Below, one piece after another: positions 59,234-64,000 of a DNA stretch of 64,000 nt. The translations under genes were made by a program, and so were the position numbers. The notes beneath the pieces were generated by a model that did no database searches, had not been told where the DNA came from, and saw only the letters and a list, made by a program, of their open reading frames with translations. Within the stretch, counting starts at the first letter, position 1. Each line of letters begins with the position of its first letter. Source of the DNA: Candidatus Oxydemutator sp. (lineage in GTDB: Bacteria; Pseudomonadota; Gammaproteobacteria; Poriferisulfidales; Oxydemutatoraceae); NCBI GenBank assembly GCA_965203445.1, contig OZ241883.1:832001-896000 (forward strand), in the 5' to 3' direction.

Positions 59234-59642
59234 GCGACGCTCATTCCTGACTACGCAAGTGAACAGTTTCCGCACAAAAAATTATTCTTATTTTATGTAT
59301 CAAAACCCGCACGTGGTCACGGCACCAAGCGGCTTTCTACCACGGTGGTCTTAGCGGACGAGGTTTGCGGATTTTGGGACAGAACATTATACCCCAGCAG
59401 GCCGGTTTCGGAAAACCGCCAATAGTCTCGTAAAATCATACGATTAGGTTCCCTTATATCCCCTCGGCCACCCTCGCCGGCCATTCCCCTCGCCTGCGCG
59501 CCGATTGTATAAGGCCAGAAACACGCCGGACGGATCGTGGTGGCCGCATACAGATTGTTGATAAAACGGCGACTATTCTTTATAGTAATTGCCCGGTTCG
59601 GCCGAAGAGTCTTTTCACTCACTTTATACGGAAATTCGCGCC

Positions 59643-59717
59643 ATGGAATTGTACCGCTCCGTCGTTATCGTCCTCGGCGTCGTCATCATGACGGCCGCTT
59701 TTCTGCTGGCCCGGTAA
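59643..59717 (+). CDS. Putative 24-aa single-pass membrane peptide
   Basis: ATG 59643 to TAA 59717 encodes MELYRSVVIVLGVVIMTAAFLLAR, one hydrophobic helix flanked by Arg, with mostly G/C-ending codons. It is too short for the ORF track, and the RBS is weak. Confidence 0.45.
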   Translation: MELYRSVVIVLGVVIMTAAFLLAR

Positions 59718-59774
59718 TCCGTCATCCGGGCCGTCATCCAAAAAATCCATTCCGAAGGCTTATTCCGAAGGGAC

Positions 59775-60464
59775 GTGATCCCAGGCCGGCGGCGGCCGCG
59801 CCACCAGGCGCGGGTGGCGCGGCGGGCGCGCCTTGTATTCGCGGCGGCGTGCGCCACGTGCGCGTTAGGCGCGGCGCAAAACGCCGGCGCGCTGTCCATC
59901 GTCGAACAAAAAAAGGTCGAGAACGACATCGCCGAGATGCTGTTCGTCGCCGAGGCGCAAAGCGTCGGGCGGCTGGGCGCGGCGGCGGACGCCGACGCCG
60001 CGATAGACTGGGCGTTGTCGCACAGCGCGGCCTACCCGAACGTGCGCATGGCCGCGTCGAACGTGCACGCGGTGCAACGCTACGACAGCCGCAGCGGGCG
60101 GCGCACGTGGCTCGCGCGGCGCGAGCTGCGCCTGGAGAGCAAAAACACCGAACGCCTGGCGCTGCTCGCCGGCGCGTTGCTCGCGCGCCTCAAGATCAGC
60201 CGCGCGCGCTTCAAGCTGTCCGAGCGCCTGCGCCGCATGACCGAGGTGCAGTTGATGAGCAGCGCGATGAAGCGCTTCGAGCGCGAGAAGCCGGCGACGG
60301 TCGAGCGCCCGAACTCCATCGAGGTCACCGTGGACAATCTGGGGCGCGCCGAAATGCCGCGGCTGGAGAGCCTGCTTGGCGGCGCCAAGCCGGGCGACGA
60401 ACAAATCCGGCCGGGATACAGCGTCATACGAATCACGTTGCGCACGCGCGATGCCCCGCGCTGA
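59775..60464 (+). CDS. SIMPL/DUF541-like periplasmic protein
   Basis: Basic then hydrophobic leader ending AGA. The pattern VEND.......EAQ, W.A.R.LRLESK....L..L.G.L, F.LS...R...E..L...A...F, and I.PG.S.I.IT resembles gammaproteobacterial DUF541 proteins. Confidence 0.6.
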   Translation: MIPGRRRPRHQARVARRARLVFAAACATCALGAAQNAGALSIVEQKKVENDIAEMLFVAEAQSVGRLGAAADADAAIDWALSHSAAYPNVRMAASNVHAVQRYDSRSGRRTWLARRELRLESKNTERLALLAGALLARLKISRARFKLSERLRRMTEVQLMSSAMKRFEREKPATVERPNSIEVTVDNLGRAEMPRLESLLGGAKPGDEQIRPGYSVIRITLRTRDAPR

Positions 60465-61359
60465 CGACGGCCACACGCTCCTCGGCAAGGCAAAACTGTA
60501 CGCGGAGCTGGCGCGCCTGCACCGCCCGATAGGCATTTATCTGCTGTTGTGGCCGACGCTGTGGGCGTTGTGGTTTGCGGCGGGCGGCGTCCCCGACGCC
60601 AAAATCCTGCTGATATTCATAGCCGGCGTCGTGCTGATGCGCTCGGCGGGTTGCGTCATCAACGACTACGCCGACCGCGAATTGGACGCGCTGGTCGAGC
60701 GCACGAGAGGGCGCCCGCTTGCGGACGGGCGCGTGCGTCCCGGCGAGGCGCTGGCGTTGTTCGGGGCCCTGGCGGCGCTCGCGTTCGCGCTGGTGCTGCT
60801 GACCAACCGCGAGACCGTGCTGATGTCGTTCGTGGCACTGGCGCTGGCGGCTTCCTACCCGTTCATGAAGCGCATCCATCCGCTGCCGCAGGCGCATCTG
60901 GGGCTGGCGTTCGGGTGGGCGATACCGATGGCCTGGGTGGCGCAGACGCAAAGTTTTCCGCCGCTCTCGATCTGGACGCTCTACGCCGCCAACACGACGT
61001 GGGTCGTCGCATACGACACGATGTACGCGATGGCCGACCGCGACGACGACGTGGCCGCCGGCATCCACTCGAGCGCGATCCTGTTCGGCGCGTGGGACAG
61101 GCGCTGGATAGGCGCGTTGCAGGCCGTAACACTCGCGCTGCTGTTCGCGGCCGGGCGTCTCGAGGGGTTCGGGCTTTTGTTCAACGCCGGGCTGGCCGCC
61201 GCCGCGGGCCTGGCCCTCTACCAACAGCGTCTGCTGGGCCAATGCAAACGCGAGCGGCGCGCCGCCGCCTGCCTCGCCGCGTTCGCCAACAACGGATACT
61301 TCGGCTTGGTCGTGTTCGCGGGGTTGTTGGCGGAGACGGCGGCGCGCCCCCCTATCTGA
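60451..61359 (+). CDS. ubiA: 4-hydroxybenzoate octaprenyltransferase
   Basis: RLHRPIGIYLLLWPTLWALW, MRSAGCVINDYADRELD..VERT..RPLA, YPFMKR and VAYDTMYAMADRDDD. The start at ATG 60451 overlaps the upstream stop. Confidence 0.96.
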   Translation: MPRADDGHTLLGKAKLYAELARLHRPIGIYLLLWPTLWALWFAAGGVPDAKILLIFIAGVVLMRSAGCVINDYADRELDALVERTRGRPLADGRVRPGEALALFGALAALAFALVLLTNRETVLMSFVALALAASYPFMKRIHPLPQAHLGLAFGWAIPMAWVAQTQSFPPLSIWTLYAANTTWVVAYDTMYAMADRDDDVAAGIHSSAILFGAWDRRWIGALQAVTLALLFAAGRLEGFGLLFNAGLAAAAGLALYQQRLLGQCKRERRAAACLAAFANNGYFGLVVFAGLLAETAARPPI

Positions 61360-61380
61360 TACCGGTCTGATGCCAGTCTG

Positions 61381-63423
61381 ATGCCGGAAGACGTCCCGTC
61401 CACTCGACCCGCGTCCCCGAGACTTTCGGCCACGTTCGCCGCGACGATGCTGGCCGTCGCCCTGCCCACGTTCATGGTCATGGTCACGGCCACGACGCAG
61501 GCGGCGGCGCAGGCGGCGGAGACGTCGGGAACCACGATACGGGCGCGCGTGTTTTTGCAGGGCGCGTACGACGGGGCCGGGCGCCCGATGAAGACCACGT
61601 ACCTGAAATACCTGCCGGCTGAACAGCCGTACGGCGGCGTGCCGTGGCGCGCGCCGGCAACCACCGTGCCGCGCGTTGCGACGAACGCGGACGGTTTCGG
61701 TCTGGCGGCGGTCACCGCGACGATAGTGGACTGGGTGCTGGTCGAGTTGCGCACCACGGCGCGCGGCGCCAGTGCCGACGCGGGTGCGGGCGCGGCACCG
61801 CTGGCCAGCCGCGCCGCCTTGCTGCTCAGCAACGGCGACGTCGTCGGCGTCGACACGAGCGCCTCGGCGCCCGCGGCGGTGGCGCGAACCGACGGCGTGC
61901 ATTTCGCCGCGGCGATAGACGACGCGCAAGACCTGTACGTGCTGATTCATCACCGCAACCACATGTCCATCATGTCGCCCGCTCCGGTGGCCGCCTGCGC
62001 CGACGACGGCGGCTATTGTATTGACTTCACGCGCGCGCAGTCTTACCGCAACGGGCAGTATGCGCTCCGCGGCGGGCGCGGTGAGCGCGGTGAGCGCGGC
62101 GGCCCATTCGCAATGTACGCGGGCGACACCAACCGCGACGGCGTGATTGACGACGCCGACCGGCGATCCATCCGCGCGCACAACCTGACGACCATCGGCG
62201 CCGACCACTACGACGAACCCGACGCCGCCGGGCGCTACGTCATAGACTCCGACCTCGACTTCGACGGCGACGTCCTTTCGGCGGACGGATTCTTCATCGT
62301 CGGTCGAGACGCCGTAAGAGGCGGGCTGTCGAGGCCTTCCAGCGACGTCGCAGGCTTGGCCGCCGAAGTCGAAATCTGCCGCAATCCGGCGGCCGCCTTC
62401 GCCACGACGCGCTCGGCGACGAACGAACACGGCGATTACTGGGTGGCCTACCGGTGCCGGGAAGTTTGCGACGACTGGCGCCAATGCCTGCAACGCAGCG
62501 GCTCCCGACAGGATCTGGCCTTTGTGGTGGATAACATGGGCGGGCGCCTCAGATTCTCGGTGGATCGCGGCGGCGACGAAGTGCTGTATTTGCAACGCGG
62601 CGTCGGCGGCATCTCATTCATGCCGTTTCTGCCCGACCAGATCGAGCGCGCATCGAGCGCGGGCGTCGTGATGGTGGCCTGGGAGTCGGGTTTCCACAGT
62701 TGGGGGTGGTTCACGCGCACGGCGCAGGCGGCGACGCGGGTGCCGCGCGTGACCAGGCGCATCGCCGCCATCATCGCCTGGGTGCACGAAAACCTGGCGG
62801 GCGACGCGCGGCTCGGCACGGTCGGTTGCAGCATGGGCGCGCAGGCGACCTTCGGCGCGGTCTATTGGCACGGGATAGACGAAGCGGTGGACTACCAGCT
62901 GTTCATCGGCGGCCCGGCGCTCTGGGACATCAACGCCGGATGCGGGCGGCGCACCTACGCCTCGGGCCATTGCGACCGCGACCCCGGCATCGCCTGCACC
63001 AGCGACGCGGATTGCCGCGCCCTCGGCGCGAACAGCCGCTGCGACAGGCTCGGCCCGATATACCGCCGCAACGTCTGGCTGTACGAACAAGTCGTCAACC
63101 ACGTCCACGCCACCACCGCCTGCGACGTCTCGCAAGCGCAAAGCCGCGCGCCGCTTGCGTCTTTTGACGAAAGCGGTTTCGCGTTCACCGACGGCGACTG
63201 GGATTTCGACCATCCGGTGGACTTTGCGATAGACCTGCAACACCGGCGCGGCGCCGACGGCGACGAGGATTGGGCGCTCAGCGACATGATGCGATCATTC
63301 AACGGCGTTACGTCGCAAGCCGGCCACGCCAAACGCTGGCTCACCAAAAGCAATGCCCGGCATTGCAACGCGGCCCACGACGGCCGCGCGCTCGACCTCA
63401 TCCGGGCATGGATGGGGCCGTAA
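61381..63423 (+). CDS. Secreted protein: N-terminal dockerin-like domain paralogous to the giant protein's C-terminus, plus a putative alpha/beta-hydrolase domain
   Basis: Hydrophobic leader ending AAAQAA. Residues ~50-305 match the giant protein's C-terminal domain. The C-terminal half has LGTVGCSMGA (G-x-S-x-G nucleophile elbow), a Cys-rich insert and late His residues (RHCNAAH). Confidence 0.75.
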   Translation: MPEDVPSTRPASPRLSATFAATMLAVALPTFMVMVTATTQAAAQAAETSGTTIRARVFLQGAYDGAGRPMKTTYLKYLPAEQPYGGVPWRAPATTVPRVATNADGFGLAAVTATIVDWVLVELRTTARGASADAGAGAAPLASRAALLLSNGDVVGVDTSASAPAAVARTDGVHFAAAIDDAQDLYVLIHHRNHMSIMSPAPVAACADDGGYCIDFTRAQSYRNGQYALRGGRGERGERGGPFAMYAGDTNRDGVIDDADRRSIRAHNLTTIGADHYDEPDAAGRYVIDSDLDFDGDVLSADGFFIVGRDAVRGGLSRPSSDVAGLAAEVEICRNPAAAFATTRSATNEHGDYWVAYRCREVCDDWRQCLQRSGSRQDLAFVVDNMGGRLRFSVDRGGDEVLYLQRGVGGISFMPFLPDQIERASSAGVVMVAWESGFHSWGWFTRTAQAATRVPRVTRRIAAIIAWVHENLAGDARLGTVGCSMGAQATFGAVYWHGIDEAVDYQLFIGGPALWDINAGCGRRTYASGHCDRDPGIACTSDADCRALGANSRCDRLGPIYRRNVWLYEQVVNHVHATTACDVSQAQSRAPLASFDESGFAFTDGDWDFDHPVDFAIDLQHRRGADGDEDWALSDMMRSFNGVTSQAGHAKRWLTKSNARHCNAAHDGRALDLIRAWMGP

Positions 63424-63589
63424 ATTCGGCCCACCCTCACCCAGAGGGAGAAGTTGTCCGCGGGCCCGTAATGTAACCCTCTCCCCAATTCTTGAAACAG
63501 GTGGGCTGATAAAACGGGTTTTAGAAATTCCCTGAACTCCAGTATGGGCGCCTGCCTCCGCTGCGATCGAACCACCTCGAAGTTATTGC

Positions 63590-63730
63590 AGTACAATAAT
63601 GGGAACTATATACGATTGTATGCAATCGTATCCATTTGACGTTTCACAGACCGTGCCCTGTCGGATAAAAGTTCCTTCAGGGTCTTACCGCCATCTCCAC
63701 GTCCGGCAGCCCCGTTCCCGGAGGCCTTCA
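63590..63730 (-). ncRNA. Probable TnpB omega-RNA scaffold / element right end
   Basis: Overlaps the tnpB 3' tail. Contains complementary GACGT...ACGTC segments and a perfect 9-bp hairpin ATACGATTG-N4-CAATCGTAT (63610-63631). Boundaries are inferred from known TnpB architecture. Confidence 0.45.
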
Positions 63731-64000
63731 AACTCATTACGACCTCACCCCGCTTCTTGATGTTCAGAGCAGCGTTCCAGTCCGCATTATCCCGATGACC
63801 GCAATCAACACAAACAAATAACGATTGCGATACTCTGTTCTTCTTGTTTTTGCACTTGCACTTGTTGCACGTTATACTCGTGTACTGAGCAGGCACATAA
63901 TTAACTTGGGTCTTGTAACCCAAATACTGTTCCATCTTATACCAGTCAGTCTTCAGTATCCCTTTGTTCAGGCCCGACTTGGCCTTCACATTCCTGCCGG
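63606..64000 (-). CDS. tnpB: TnpB-family RNA-guided nuclease, C-terminal part (runs off the window edge)
   Basis: GRNVKAKSGLNKGIL..W....YLGYK, VPAQYTSITCNKC and FVCVDCGHRDNADWNAALNI give the zinc ribbon and RuvC-III Asp. The DNA is visibly more AT-rich than the flanking genes. Confidence 0.9.
   Translation of the reverse strand, partial: GRNVKAKSGLNKGILKTDWYKMEQYLGYKTQVNYVPAQYTSITCNKCKCKNKKNRVSQSLFVCVDCGHRDNADWNAALNIKKRGEVVMSLKASGNGAAGRGDGGKTLKELLSDRARSVKRQMDTIAYNRI

Noticed and set aside
6791-59233. Classification as an RTX/T1SS adhesin or autotransporter
   Set aside because: It has no GGxGxD repeats, no C-terminal beta-barrel with a terminal aromatic residue, and it carries an N-terminal Sec-type signal peptide.
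9368-59425. Very long plus-strand ORFs (e.g. 21470-36598, 5042 aa; 12110-19747, 2545 aa; 52985-56161; 56246-59425)
   Set aside because: These are Arg/His-rich antisense shadows of the giant gene. GC-biased codon usage and repetition remove stop codons on the opposite strand.
62076-62099. GCGCGGTGA 9-bp tandem repeat (RGERGER) in the 680-aa protein
   Set aside because: A small in-frame slippage insertion in a loop absent from the paralog. It has no evident function and is too short to be a collagen-like repeat.
60433-62595. 720-aa minus-strand ORF and 331-aa ORF 59537-60532
   Set aside because: These are antisense or alternate-frame overlaps of well-supported ubiA, SIMPL and 680-aa genes, with no motifs of their own.

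Overview
High-GC bacterial chromosome segment, probably a gammaproteobacterium (inferred from DprA, UbiA and SIMPL-type proteins), dominated by one uninterrupted 52.4-kb ORF (6791-59233, minus strand, about 17,480 aa). This giant secreted protein has an N-terminal Sec-type signal peptide, a head of Ig-like, Calx-beta, four GLUG-type and cadherin-like modules, a stalk of roughly 140 PKD/K319L-like repeats in nested tandem duplications, and a ~250-aa C-terminal domain (LQGAY / VDWVLVELR / HHRNH plus two dockerin-like DxN/DxDG loops). A close paralog of that domain sits at the N-terminus of a nearby 680-aa secreted putative alpha/beta-hydrolase (61381-63423). This suggests a shared surface-docking or sorting module and is the most interesting signal in the window. 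The left ~4 kb is a lower-GC defence-like island: MT-A70 adenine MTase, SPPY-type amino MTase and HNH endonuclease, with a convergent RNA-polymerase alpha-CTD/sigma70-region-4 fusion protein. An AAA_14-DUF4143 ATPase and dprA follow. The right end holds a 24-aa membrane peptide ORF, a SIMPL/DUF541 protein, ubiA and the 3' part of a TnpB element with a probable omega-RNA. All family calls come from motif recognition by eye; no database searches were run.
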